A model generated the notes under the pieces. It ran no database searches. It was not told where the DNA came from and worked only from the letters and a program-made list of their open reading frames with translations. The position numbers were made by a program, and so were the translations under genes. Of a stretch of DNA of 64,000 nt, positions 22,402-32,169 are shown in pieces. Within the stretch, counting starts at the first letter, position 1, and each line of letters begins with the position of its first letter. The stretch spans positions 558,001 through 622,000 of the forward strand of contig CDROCS010001089.1 in NCBI GenBank assembly GCA_977020255.1, given 5' to 3'. The DNA comes from Obrimoposthia wandeli (taxonomy: Eukaryota).

Positions 22402-22820
22402 TTGGATATTGGCAAAGTAGTAAAATGTACGGGATTACCAGCATCAACTCTGCGCTATTATGAAGAAAAGGCTTGATCCAATCAGTGGGCCGTCATGGGT
22501 TACGACGTATATTTGATGTTAATGTGCTGCAGCGATTACCTTTGATTTCCTTAGCTCGTCTTGCAGCTATGTCGTTAGAAGAAATTGGTGTTACGTTTGC
22601 CACCGATGGCCTTTCTAAAATAGATAGGCAGCAATTGTCTAATGAAGCGGATGGGTTGGAGCAAATGATTAAGCAGCTCAGTGCAATGCGTGACGGTCTG
22701 CGCCATGCCGCAAACCGTCCTGATCCAAGTCATTTTAAATGTTGTAAGTTTAATCAAATGCTTGGTGTTGCTAATCGTCAAGTACGGGCATTAAACAAAA
22801 AAGGGTGGAAGTCAGTTTAA
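22402..22820 (+). pseudogene. MerR family regulator, frameshifted
   Basis: 22402 TTG frame gives (M)DIGKVVKCTGLPASTLRYYEEKA-stop (22474-22476); the continuation LIQSVGRHGLRR is in the frame of ORF 22473-22820. One extra A in GAAGAAAAGGC restores EEKGLI. Confidence 0.8.
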
Positions 22821-23233
22821 GCTTTGATATGTTAATTTAATGACTGCATGGGTGTGATTGTTTATTTTGATAAAGGGGATTCACAAATGTTACTTGAAGT
22901 AGGGTGGCTTAGCATTGAGGACCATCAGATCTATATAAAACTTATTCAAAGCAATGGTATATTAGGTGAAATAGCGACATGCTTAGTGTCAGTCCCTGTT
23001 ATTAAATAATTACAAAAAATAAAATGTTTAAACAGGAAAATATTCATAACGAGTGCTTAACAAGAATCTTAAACGGACATAAAGTACTTGGCTGTACTGG
23101 TTCTTCGAAGTATAGCCAATACTTTTAAGTCGTTTAGCGAAGCGTTTATAATGTCTGCTTTTTCTGCCCCCCATAATCTATAAGGCTTTGAGACAAGCTT
23201 TTTCAAAATAATATCTTACTGAATAAAGTTGGC

Positions 23234-25309
23234 TTATTGGGATTCTCGCAATGGATTTTGAGCCACTTCAGTGGTTAGTGTAGTTTGGTTGCTCTCTTTC
23301 ATATAAATGATGAAATCGCTCCAAGGTAGAGGTTTTGAAAAGTGATAGCCTTGTAACATATCACAGCCTAACTCTTTCAAAAGCTTGTATTGCTGAAATG
23401 TCTCTACACCCTCAGCGATGGTTTGCAATTCGTATGATTGAGCAATTGAAATAATAGCTTTAACCATAGCTATGTAAGAGGAGTTATCGGAACACAAGTT
23501 ATCTACGAACGATTTATCTATTTTAAGACAGTCTACAGGGTAGTTAATTAATTGATTAAACGCTGTATAACCTGTGCCAAAGTCATCAAGTGCTAACCTA
23601 ACTCCCATTGCCTTTATATCTTCAAGAATTTGAATACTTCGATCATCTATTTCAATCAAACTTGTTTCTGTGATTTCTAATTCAATAAATTGAGGGTCAA
23701 TTTGATATTTTTTTAATAAATCGTGCAGTGCGTTAGTAAAGTCTAAATTGCGCAACTCAGCTGCAGAAATATTTATACAAAATACTAATGCTAGATCTGA
23801 AATATAGTTTTGAGCAGCATTAATCTGTTTGAAAACAGTTTCAATGACCCAGAAGTCAATTTGTTCAATTAAATTATATTCCTCAGCAATAGGGATAAAT
23901 ACATCGGGACCTATGCCATTCATTGGCTCTGACTGGCATCTTAATAAAACCTCAACATGCCGGGTAACGAGATCGTGAGATGAAACTATAGGCATATAAT
24001 TCAAGGTGAAATCATTATTCTCAATCGTTATTTTTATCTTTTCCACAACCGATTTACGAAAGAAAATCTCATCGGCGACATTATCGTCAAAAATCTTATA
24101 TTGACAATTCCCTCTATTTTTAGCGTAATTCATAGCTGAATCAGCTCGTAATAAAATTGACTCAAATGTGGGCATCTCGTTACTTATTCCGACAGCACCT
24201 ATGCAGATATTTAAATATATTTTATGCTTCCTTAACAATACGGGTGCTTGGTAATCCTTTAGTATTAGCTCAATCAGTTTTTCTACTTCTAATAAATTAA
24301 CCATTGACAACAAAATCGCAAACTCACCACCTGAAAGGTTACCCAATTTATATTGGGTTTTATGTTGTTTGTTTAGTAAATCACACACTCTATTAGCAAA
24401 TACTACTATGAGCTCATCGCCGACTACATGGCCAAAAGTAGCAATGACTTTTTTAAAGTTATCAATATCAATATAAATGAAATGAATATCTGAACTATCG
24501 TTTACAGGTAGCACATCACGTTCAATGTATTTTTGAACGCCTCTTCTGTTTAGACTTCCTGTCAATGTATCTGTAAATGACAGTCGTGAGTGTATATTTT
24601 TTTGTCTGATCACTAATAAAATTGCACTTACTAACCATAGTATTAACATCAATTTGAATAAATATATTTCAGAAATTAGCTCTCCATGTAAAGTTAACTC
24701 ACTGATAGTTATCTTATAATTACCGGCTAGGGGGAGGTCTTGTGCAATGATTTCTACAGAGCTAATATTGCTCATATCGCGATAGCTATTAGCAAAGCTG
24801 ACTTGATATTGATTAATCCACCAGTTTTCTACCTGGAAAGCACTCAGAGGTACAATGATCTGATCTGGGTAGTCTACAGGCCTAAAGGTAATGGTATTAA
24901 ATTTAAGAGAGACAAAATCTTTTTCATTTGCATATTTTTCATTAAAATTTCTAAACGAAACTTTAAGTTTTGGATTTTTGTGTGGGGACTGAAAGTTAAT
25001 TTTTAGTGCTACTTGATCATAAATTGATAAATCAACGCCATTTCGGATGTGCTCAGTAAGCCTATAACTAAGTCCACATAAGCTAAATTTTTGAATGCCA
25101 GTGGCCATACAGTTTACTGTAGAAACTCTTTTTTGCTGTTCTAATTTTGCAGTAGTATCGCCCATAGAAAAAGCTACAATGTCATGATGATTTTGAGATT
25201 CAGTAAGCTTCAAGGACACATCTAGTAAGCCGATACGGTGTGAGAAAAATGTAAGCAGAGAAATAACAATGAGAAACAGAATGGCCTTAATATTAAAATC
25301 AGCAAACAC
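23234..25309 (-). CDS. Membrane-anchored GGDEF-EAL protein (probable c-di-GMP phosphodiesterase) with periplasmic beta-sandwich-like sensor
   Basis: Two TM segments flank an ~180-aa domain; degenerate SGGEF; EAL domain residues EVL, INISA, ELEITE, DDFGTG, LKID, EGVE. Confidence 0.88.
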   Translation of the reverse strand: MFADFNIKAILFLIVISLLTFFSHRIGLLDVSLKLTESQNHHDIVAFSMGDTTAKLEQQKRVSTVNCMATGIQKFSLCGLSYRLTEHIRNGVDLSIYDQVALKINFQSPHKNPKLKVSFRNFNEKYANEKDFVSLKFNTITFRPVDYPDQIIVPLSAFQVENWWINQYQVSFANSYRDMSNISSVEIIAQDLPLAGNYKITISELTLHGELISEIYLFKLMLILWLVSAILLVIRQKNIHSRLSFTDTLTGSLNRRGVQKYIERDVLPVNDSSDIHFIYIDIDNFKKVIATFGHVVGDELIVVFANRVCDLLNKQHKTQYKLGNLSGGEFAILLSMVNLLEVEKLIELILKDYQAPVLLRKHKIYLNICIGAVGISNEMPTFESILLRADSAMNYAKNRGNCQYKIFDDNVADEIFFRKSVVEKIKITIENNDFTLNYMPIVSSHDLVTRHVEVLLRCQSEPMNGIGPDVFIPIAEEYNLIEQIDFWVIETVFKQINAAQNYISDLALVFCINISAAELRNLDFTNALHDLLKKYQIDPQFIELEITETSLIEIDDRSIQILEDIKAMGVRLALDDFGTGYTAFNQLINYPVDCLKIDKSFVDNLCSDNSSYIAMVKAIISIAQSYELQTIAEGVETFQQYKLLKELGCDMLQGYHFSKPLPWSDFIIYMKESNQTTLTTEVAQNPLRESQ

Positions 25310-25524
25310 AGGGTTACTCCATAATCCAATAAATAAAGTGGTTCTAATAATTAAAAAAGGGATCGTTGAAAAAACTGACCATATTACAATAAAATATTAT
25401 AAACATTTTATCTCCCCTAGTCCTCTTTCATCACTTTAGCTTATTGTTTAGTAATATATTTTTAAAATCTATTTTGGTAAACAGTAATGAGCTGAACAAA
25501 AAAAAACTTGGCACACTCGCTATT

Positions 25525-25950
25525 TTATTGTGAAATGCGCAGCGAGACGTGATGCTTCGATTTCATCTGTAATAAATCCCATCGGTTACCATACAAATCC
25601 TCAAATACCGCCACTGTACCATAATCAGCTTCGCTGGGTTCGCGTACAAACTTAACTCCTTTTTTTGAATACAGTTTATAATCGCGCCAAAAATCATCAG
25701 TATTTAAGAAAAAAGAGACTCTGCCACCGGTTTGATTTCCAATAAAATTGCGTTGTTCATCATTAGAGGCTCTTGCTAATAAAATACTGACACCTATGGA
25801 GTTTTTTGGCGCCACTAAAACCCACCTTTTATCTTGCTCTGGTTGGTAAGAATCTTCGAGCAAATCAAACCCCAAAATACTTACATAAAAATCAATCGCT
25901 TCATCATAGTCATTGACGACGATTGAAAAGTGGATTATTTCCTGGGTCAT
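25525..25950 (-). CDS. VOC/glyoxalase family protein
   Basis: IVVNDYDEAIDFY, DKRWVLV, QTGGRV, YGTVAVFEDLYGNRWDL. Confidence 0.92.
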   Translation of the reverse strand: MTQEIIHFSIVVNDYDEAIDFYVSILGFDLLEDSYQPEQDKRWVLVAPKNSIGVSILLARASNDEQRNFIGNQTGGRVSFFLNTDDFWRDYKLYSKKGVKFVREPSEADYGTVAVFEDLYGNRWDLLQMKSKHHVSLRISQ

Positions 25951-26235
25951 TGGCTTTTCCTGTCTATAATCTTAATATGAAATCTCAGCATAACTAACTC
26001 AAAAGGTATGATAACTGCGCTATTTTGCCGATGTTGGTTAGAATCCTGCAGGCTAAAAGAAGTCGTTGCACCTATAAATAATAGCATGCTCCTTACGTTT
26101 TGCTCTCGTTGTCTTGCCTAACTTACACTCGGCACATTATGCGCAGGGCTCAATACAAAATTGTTGCGAAATACTTTACTCTCTTGCGGCTTCAGGGTTT
26201 ATGATAGCAGCCTATTTTTTAGAGGCTTTTGTGAC

Positions 26236-26685
26236 GTGAAAAAAACACCACAACCACCCGTAACTACATCTATCAATGCTTGGTGGTTGTTGTGCATCAC
26301 TTGGTTTATTGTAGCGGCTGCTTCTTTGGCCGCTATATTTATCGGGGAAATATTAGGGAAAATGCCCTGTACTTTATGTTGGTATCAGCGTATTTGCATG
26401 TTTCCGTTAGTTGTTATTCTGGGCATTGGTTGTTATACATCAGATTATAAAGCCGCGTTATACGCGCTACCGCTGGCGTTAATGGGTATGGCGTTTGCGC
26501 TTTACCACTCCTTGTTATTTGCCGAGGTGATTACTCTTAAAATAGTCCCCTGTGCTAGTAATATCCCCTGCGGTGGTAGTGGTATGACGCTATTTGATGT
26601 TATTGCGCTGCCTTACCTATCGCTGTTTTGTTTTACCGTTATTTCAATAACACTTACAATTTTTATGAGGAAAAATGTTTCATGA
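26236..26685 (+). CDS. dsbB: Disulfide bond formation protein B (BdbC-like)
   Basis: PCTLCWYQRICMFPL and second Cys pair (VPCASNIPC); GTG 26236 with AGAGG RBS preferred over 26161. Confidence 0.85.
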   Translation: MKKTPQPPVTTSINAWWLLCITWFIVAAASLAAIFIGEILGKMPCTLCWYQRICMFPLVVILGIGCYTSDYKAALYALPLALMGMAFALYHSLLFAEVITLKIVPCASNIPCGGSGMTLFDVIALPYLSLFCFTVISITLTIFMRKNVS

Positions 26686-27329
26686 ACCGCAAAAATATAA
26701 TGATTTTATCCAGTGTGTTTGCAATTGTCATTTTTGCAATATCAAGCTTTGCTTGGCTGCAGTCTAGCCAGTCTAACCAAAGCATGCAGCCTAAGGTCGA
26801 TGCCACAGTGCTTGAGCGGGGTTTCTCTCCAAGCTTTGGTCCGGAAAACGCTAAAGTAACTGTTGTGGAATTTTTTGATCCGGCATGTGAAGCATGTAGA
26901 GCTTTCTATCCCGTCGTTAAAGAGATCTTAAGCAAATACCCTGAAGATGTAAGGGTCGTTTTACGCTACACCACATTTCATGAAGGCTCTGATCAAGTGG
27001 TGAAAATACTAGAAGCTGCACGTTTACAAAATGTATTTAAACCTGTTTTGGAAGCTATTTTAGACAATCAGCCTGAGTGGGCAGTTCATGGGCAGCCAAA
27101 TATTGAAAAAGCTTGGCAGATAGCAGCTTCGGCGGGTTTAAATTTGCCAAGAGCAAAAATTGATATACAAGACCCAAAATTTGCAGCATTGCTTAAACAA
27201 GAGGCATTAGATGTGCAAAGTGCAGGTGTCAAAAAAACACCGACCTTTTTTGTTAATGGTAAAAGTTTACCAAGTTTTGGTGCGCAGCAATTATTTGACT
27301 TAGTGGTTAGTGAAGTAAAAGCTGATTGA
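26682..27329 (+). CDS. DsbA family thiol-disulfide oxidoreductase (BdbD-like)
   Basis: EFFDPACEACRAF (CxxC), KTPTFFVNG cis-Pro loop; ATGA overlap with dsbB stop. Confidence 0.88.
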   Translation: MNRKNIMILSSVFAIVIFAISSFAWLQSSQSNQSMQPKVDATVLERGFSPSFGPENAKVTVVEFFDPACEACRAFYPVVKEILSKYPEDVRVVLRYTTFHEGSDQVVKILEAARLQNVFKPVLEAILDNQPEWAVHGQPNIEKAWQIAASAGLNLPRAKIDIQDPKFAALLKQEALDVQSAGVKKTPTFFVNGKSLPSFGAQQLFDLVVSEVKAD

Positions 27330-27353
27330 TATTAGATGGATAGCAGATGATAC

Positions 27354-27375
27354 AAAGTACTGTCTGCAGTACTTT
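27354..27375. terminator. Hairpin between convergent dsbA-like and membrane protein genes
   Basis: AAAGTACTG-TCTG-CAGTACTTT. Confidence 0.7.
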
Positions 27376-27382
27376 CTAGCTA

Positions 27383-27844
27383 TTAATCTCTAACGGGCTG
27401 TTTTTTCTGACGCGCAATCGCTTTTTCTTCCTCGCGAAATAAGCGCTGTTCTAAGGCGCGTTCGGTATTTATCTTCCGCTCGACTTTAGATGAAATAAAA
27501 TACCTTATAAGAAATAGCAGCGGTAGTAGAGGTGTGGCTACTGCAAATATAAATGGAATAGGCATACCATAAGTACGATATTCCTTAGTAACCGTGGCCA
27601 GTAAAAACCAAAAAAGCATTACAATGCTGATGCCTGCACAAAAGAATAAAAAGTCCATATTAGATTGGTTTTCAAGTTTTCCGAAATACGGAAGTATTAT
27701 CGGTATCAGCATAACTGCCACGAGTAATAAGCCCAGAAAACTAAAAAGCCGGTACACGAATTCCTTTGTAGAAATTACGCCAAAGGGTGAAAGGTATTCA
27801 AAAAAAGAGTTTCCTCTTAGTTTGCTTGTATTGTTTTGACTCAA
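27383..27844 (-). CDS. Hypothetical membrane protein (weakly DUF805-like)
   Basis: 153 aa, three hydrophobic segments, charged C-tail; LSPFG start and LATVTKEYRTYG resemble a degenerate DUF805 pattern. Confidence 0.55.
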   Translation of the reverse strand: MSQNNTSKLRGNSFFEYLSPFGVISTKEFVYRLFSFLGLLLVAVMLIPIILPYFGKLENQSNMDFLFFCAGISIVMLFWFLLATVTKEYRTYGMPIPFIFAVATPLLPLLFLIRYFISSKVERKINTERALEQRLFREEEKAIARQKKQPVRD

Positions 27845-28214
27845 AATATTTAGCCTGTTAATGACCAGTTAGTCCAGCTACTACCAATAATAGACAGGCG
27901 CTAGTTTAAAAACAAATTAGCGTGATAAAATTGCACAAATTCTTTGATGGCCTTTATACCAGAGAAATATTGTTTTATCGACTGATATAAACTGCCTTTT
28001 TTGCAGCGAAACATTAGTGTAGAGAATTTGCATTGAATTATCAGGTCCTCGGCAAAACTATTTTTTACAGGCGATGAACGCTGGCAACGCCAATAGGATA
28101 AAGCTTTCTTATGCAGCGATAAAATATACTCAGGTACATTTTTGCAGCAGCGGTCGACATCCAGAACGCTTCATATTAGAGTGGCGTTTTTGGTATAACA
28201 AAAGGCAATTATCA

Positions 28215-28562
28215 ATGGATATTCAACGCAGTGGTTCAACCGACCGCTCTAGTAAAATTGTTAAACACAACCATACCGTTTATTTATGCGGCCAAGTGGC
28301 AAGTGACTCTTCTCAAGGTATTGGCGAGCAAACTCAAAGCTGTCTTGATAAAATTGATGCGCTCCTTGCTGAAGCGGGTAGTGCAAAAGAACAGCTGTTG
28401 TCAGTAACAATTTATCTGCGAGATATGAAAGATTTTGCCGCGCTAAATGTGGTATGGAATGATTGGTTAGCCGATAGTCCAAAACCTGCTCGCGCCTGTG
28501 TTGAAGCACGTTTAGCTCGCCAAGAATTACTGGTCGAATTAACAGTAACCGCAGCTTATTAA
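28215..28562 (+). CDS. RidA family protein (YoaB-like)
   Basis: SKIVKHNHTVYLCGQV, DMKDFAALNVVW, PARACVEARL; ATG 28215 preferred over 28074. Confidence 0.88.
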   Translation: MDIQRSGSTDRSSKIVKHNHTVYLCGQVASDSSQGIGEQTQSCLDKIDALLAEAGSAKEQLLSVTIYLRDMKDFAALNVVWNDWLADSPKPARACVEARLARQELLVELTVTAAY

Positions 28563-28747
28563 AACACCGCTTAATTGATCATAAATAGGGTGGTAGCTGT
28601 TAAGCTTTGCCATCCCGCTTGATTGTATCGATAGCGGTGTTGTTAATGTTGGCAATAGACAAAAGCGTTTTTTTAGCGAGACTGTAATGAGGGCAAAGAT
28701 AATCGCCTGAAATGTTCTGGTTAAAGTACTCTCAGTAATCAGCTGTG

Positions 28748-28775
28748 GCTCCGCGCGTGGTGAAGAGCGCGGAGC
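28748..28775 (-). terminator. Hairpin downstream of 28796-29002
   Basis: GCTCCGCGC / GCGCGGAGC 9-bp GC-rich stem. Confidence 0.6.
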
Positions 28776-28795
28776 AATTGTGTAGCAAAAATGAT

Positions 28796-29002
28796 TTAGT
28801 GCTCTTCGCTGAACCAAATTTCATTTATATATAAGGATAGTTGCTTTGTTTCTCGATGCTGTTCTATAGCGCGCCTAGCCGCAAACATGCGTTTTGATTG
28901 CTTTTCTTTTTTAGAGTTATTTTGATTATCGTGGTATCCAACAATGGCATTAAATACATCAGTCTGGATATTGTCTTTCTCTAAGTTATTTAGGGTTAAC
29001 AT
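28796..29002 (-). CDS. Small conserved protein, PA3496-family-like
   Basis: KRMFAARRAIEQHRE..L motif; 68 aa; next to an RpiR/HexR regulator. Confidence 0.65.
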   Translation of the reverse strand: MLTLNNLEKDNIQTDVFNAIVGYHDNQNNSKKEKQSKRMFAARRAIEQHRETKQLSLYINEIWFSEEH

Positions 29003-29247
29003 TATCTAATCTCCATAAATTTAACAGTTAAAGTAGTCAAAGTTCTGACAGGGAGTCGTTTGTGAGTATTGCGCTAACTCATGAGTCACTGCATTAATTT
29101 ACAATAACCACTATATGTTACTGATAAATGACATTTTGAAGATAAAGCATAGAAGTGAAATCTAAAGTGTTAAATAGAGGAAAGCGCGCTGACATTTGTG
29201 TATAAAAAGAATAGCGCAAACGCTAAAAATATTTGGAAGGTAGAATG

Positions 29248-29270
29248 CCAGGCTGAATTATCCAGCCTGG
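29248..29270 (-). terminator. Hairpin downstream of RpiR/HexR gene
   Basis: CCAGGCTG-AATTATC-CAGCCTGG. Confidence 0.65.
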
Positions 29271-29340
29271 AAAAATAGCAGGTAGTTAGCGTTTAAACGG
29301 CTAGTTTATAACTGCTTAAAAGGACACAACAATATAGAGA

Positions 29341-30216
29341 TTACTGTTTAGGCAGAAAATTACGTTTATCATTTTGTCGCAAGTTACGTAAGCTGCGCTT
29401 GATGGTTTTTAAGTGCTCTAGCACTCTAGGTCCTAACTTCATGGCAACGCCTACTGCTAACACATCCATGACCACTAAATGCAAAACGCGAGATGACATC
29501 AATGCACTTAAATCTTTATCTTCCTCTAAATCGATAGGGATGGAAATGCTAGCAAGCTCAGCTAAAGGGGTATTGACAGGGCAGAGTGTTAATAGAGTTG
29601 CGCCTGTTTCGCGCACTAATTTACAAGTGTGTAGCATATCTTTAGTGCGCCCAGTTTGTGAGATAGCGACCACTACGTCTTGATCATTCATGGTAACAGC
29701 AGAGATGATCTGCATATGTGGATCAGAATGGGCGGCAGCTGAAATTTGTAAGCGCTGGAACTTGTGTTGTGCATCACTACAAACGGCAGCTGAGGCACCA
29801 AAGCCGTAAAACTCGATACGCCTAGCGCCAGCTAAGGCGTCTATAGCACGCTCTAGATTTAGCGGCTCTAAATGATCGCGGATATGGATTAAATTACCAA
29901 TCATGGAGTCAAAGATTTTTTTCTGAAAATCTTTCACTGAATCATCAGAGTCTAAAGTGAACTGCTCAAAATTTGGGTTGCTAGCAAGGTCTTGTGCCAG
30001 TGTCATTTTGAAGTCTTGGAATCCGTCATATTGTAATGCTCGACAAAAGCGTACTACGGTCGGTTCGCTGACGTTCGCTTTAGCAGCTAAATCAATAATA
30101 CGCATATGAATCACATCTTCGGAATGCTCCAATACATAATCAGCAACTTTCTGCTCTGATTTTCTTAGGCCTTCGCGGGCATTGTGAATTGATTTTAATA
30201 AATTGCTCGGGTTCAA
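29341..30216 (-). CDS. hexR: RpiR/HexR family transcriptional regulator (HexR or RccR-like)
   Basis: LRKSEQKVAD, VSEPTVVRFCR, SIS domain FYGFGAS, AISQTGRT. Confidence 0.75.
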   Translation of the reverse strand: MNPSNLLKSIHNAREGLRKSEQKVADYVLEHSEDVIHMRIIDLAAKANVSEPTVVRFCRALQYDGFQDFKMTLAQDLASNPNFEQFTLDSDDSVKDFQKKIFDSMIGNLIHIRDHLEPLNLERAIDALAGARRIEFYGFGASAAVCSDAQHKFQRLQISAAAHSDPHMQIISAVTMNDQDVVVAISQTGRTKDMLHTCKLVRETGATLLTLCPVNTPLAELASISIPIDLEEDKDLSALMSSRVLHLVVMDVLAVGVAMKLGPRVLEHLKTIKRSLRNLRQNDKRNFLPKQ

Positions 30217-30717
30217 TTGTCTGCGCCACTGGTAAGTTATAGTTATAACAGATTATTCTATATGCTCTAGTCTAGAGTGCAAATGACTAAGTGACTAGAA
30301 CCAGAAAAAAGTTAATCACTGGACCTGTTGTTTTTTATCGGCGACTTTTACTAAAGTGGATACTTAAACAACTGGTCCTCACAAACAAACGTTAAAATGT
30401 GCATAACTAGTATTATAACAACCCAAATCAGTGGATAGAGATTAGGTTTTAAACCAATATTTAGCTTATTTTCGCTCTGCATTTTATATTTAAATATTTA
30501 GCTTTAGTGGTTAGTATTGGATTAGTGAAGCAGCCATTACATAAAAACACAAAAACGGATAAAAAATGCGTTAATGAGCTGCAATCATAGCAAAAAACTT
30601 TACAATAAAGCCTACCGTAAACAGGTGGATGTTGTAGCACAATACTCAGGTTAACCCCTTGTGCTACTATTTTTTTACTTTCTTTCAGTTACTGTTTTTT
30701 AATATTGGGAAAATGCA

Positions 30718-31320
30718 ATGAATGATACTTTTTCGTTAGAACCACAGTTAAAGATGCTTGAGAAGCCTCAACTCATTGCTTACTGCGTGGCGATAGCGCA
30801 GCGTCAATTTCCCAATTTTGCGCTATTTAGCAATATTGTTGAATTTGGCGATGCTAAGAAAATGGGTAATATTATCGATGGCATTTGGCAATCGTTAGTG
30901 CCAGGCGGTGCGCAGATGAATTTTGAGCTACAACTGACTAAAGTTGAAGACAATATGCCTGATTTGGAAGCTTTTGATATGTATGGCGCAGCACCTGCTC
31001 TGGATGCTATTAGCTGCTTACATGCGACTATTTCTTGTATCTTAACGGGCGAGTATGAAGAAGCGGTGACGATAGGTTTACTTTCAACAGAAACCGTGGC
31101 CAGCTTTATTGAGGTCTCTGAAAGCGATGATCAGATGTCAGATGCGGATGTGATGCGCTTAATTAGCACTCATCAATTAACTGAGCAAGAAGAAGAGTTT
31201 CAAGAAACGGTGATTGAGCGCTTACAAAATGTTAAAAAATTAGATAAAGAGTTTTTGGATTCTTTAAAAGAGTTGGCAACGAATCAAGGTTTTAGCAACA
31301 TAGGTATCAGTGTCGAGTAA
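30718..31320 (+). CDS. YjaG/DUF416 family protein
   Basis: QRQFPNFALF, PDLEAFDMYGAAPALDA, VASFIE. Confidence 0.85.
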   Translation: MNDTFSLEPQLKMLEKPQLIAYCVAIAQRQFPNFALFSNIVEFGDAKKMGNIIDGIWQSLVPGGAQMNFELQLTKVEDNMPDLEAFDMYGAAPALDAISCLHATISCILTGEYEEAVTIGLLSTETVASFIEVSESDDQMSDADVMRLISTHQLTEQEEEFQETVIERLQNVKKLDKEFLDSLKELATNQGFSNIGISVE

Positions 31321-31426
31321 AGCGTGAGTAAACGTGCGCTTATTCAATACAGCCAGTAACACAGCTTCTTTAGCTGTGCTTATGTGCGCTTTTAAATACC
31401 TCAACGATGATAACAGAAAATAATTC

Positions 31427-31693
31427 ATGATTAGAATTGGATTACTGCTTTTAATACTGCCGTGTTTGCTGCTAATGGGGATGTACATCCCCGAACAATC
31501 TAACATGACAGATTGTGTCTCCGCTGGTGGTTCTTATGACTACCAGCAGCAGCTTTGTGATATGAAAAATACCCATGCTAATTCTCCTTTTATGGCGCGC
31601 CATACCCTACTTGTAAATAGCTCTATGCTGTTGGCGTTAACCGGGTTTATTGTTTGTATCATTGGGTTATACCAACCTAAAAAATCACATTGA
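31427..31693 (+). CDS. Small hypothetical membrane protein with Cys pair
   Basis: 88 aa, two hydrophobic ends, DCVSAGGSYDY..LCD loop. Confidence 0.7.
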   Translation: MIRIGLLLLILPCLLLMGMYIPEQSNMTDCVSAGGSYDYQQQLCDMKNTHANSPFMARHTLLVNSSMLLALTGFIVCIIGLYQPKKSH

Positions 31694-31700
31694 GCTCATA

Positions 31701-32159
31701 ATGATTAAAAAAATACTGTTGCTTTCACTGGTAGTAATTGCGATTGCTATGCTGGCTTTTTGGTTTAATCGAGAGCAATGGCTCAGTGACTTTAACCAAC
31801 AGCGGCAACAGCAATCAGCGTTGTTTGAGTTACAAGGAAGCCAGTTTGCGGCCAGCGGTAATAACGGCAAAAGTGCTGATCAGCAGCAGTGTTTAGAAGA
31901 AAGCTTTAAACAAATGACAGGCTGCTTTGAGTTTAGCTGCACACTGAATCAAGCTGTGTTTTTAAAATCATGTTTAGCAACGGCGCAACAGACTGAGCGG
32001 TTTTGTGGCGGCGTGCCTGAATATAAAGAAAAGCTCAGTGCAGATGATAAACAATGGCTGAAAAGTAGCTGTTGGAATAAAAATATTAATGGTGAGGGCT
32101 GTAGGTTCTTGTATAAGCAACAGATACACTACTGCTCAGCTGCTACGATTAACAAGTGA
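31701..32159 (+). CDS. Hypothetical membrane-anchored Cys-rich protein
   Basis: N-terminal TM/signal (MIKKILLLSLVV), 8 Cys in the soluble domain; tight spacing with neighbours. Confidence 0.7.
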   Translation: MIKKILLLSLVVIAIAMLAFWFNREQWLSDFNQQRQQQSALFELQGSQFAASGNNGKSADQQQCLEESFKQMTGCFEFSCTLNQAVFLKSCLATAQQTERFCGGVPEYKEKLSADDKQWLKSSCWNKNINGEGCRFLYKQQIHYCSAATINK

Positions 32160-32169
32160 GAGAGAATAA

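Noticed and set aside
28074-28214. N-terminal extension of the second RidA ORF
   Set aside because: Rid homology begins at ATG 28215; the extension looks like translated intergenic DNA. The same applies to track starts 7572, 26161, 26628 and 31650.
30217-30717. 500-bp hexR-DUF416 spacer as a possible sRNA or HexR-site cluster
   Set aside because: Only a weak TAGCACA/TGTGCTA inverted repeat; no convincing operator, terminator or structured RNA.
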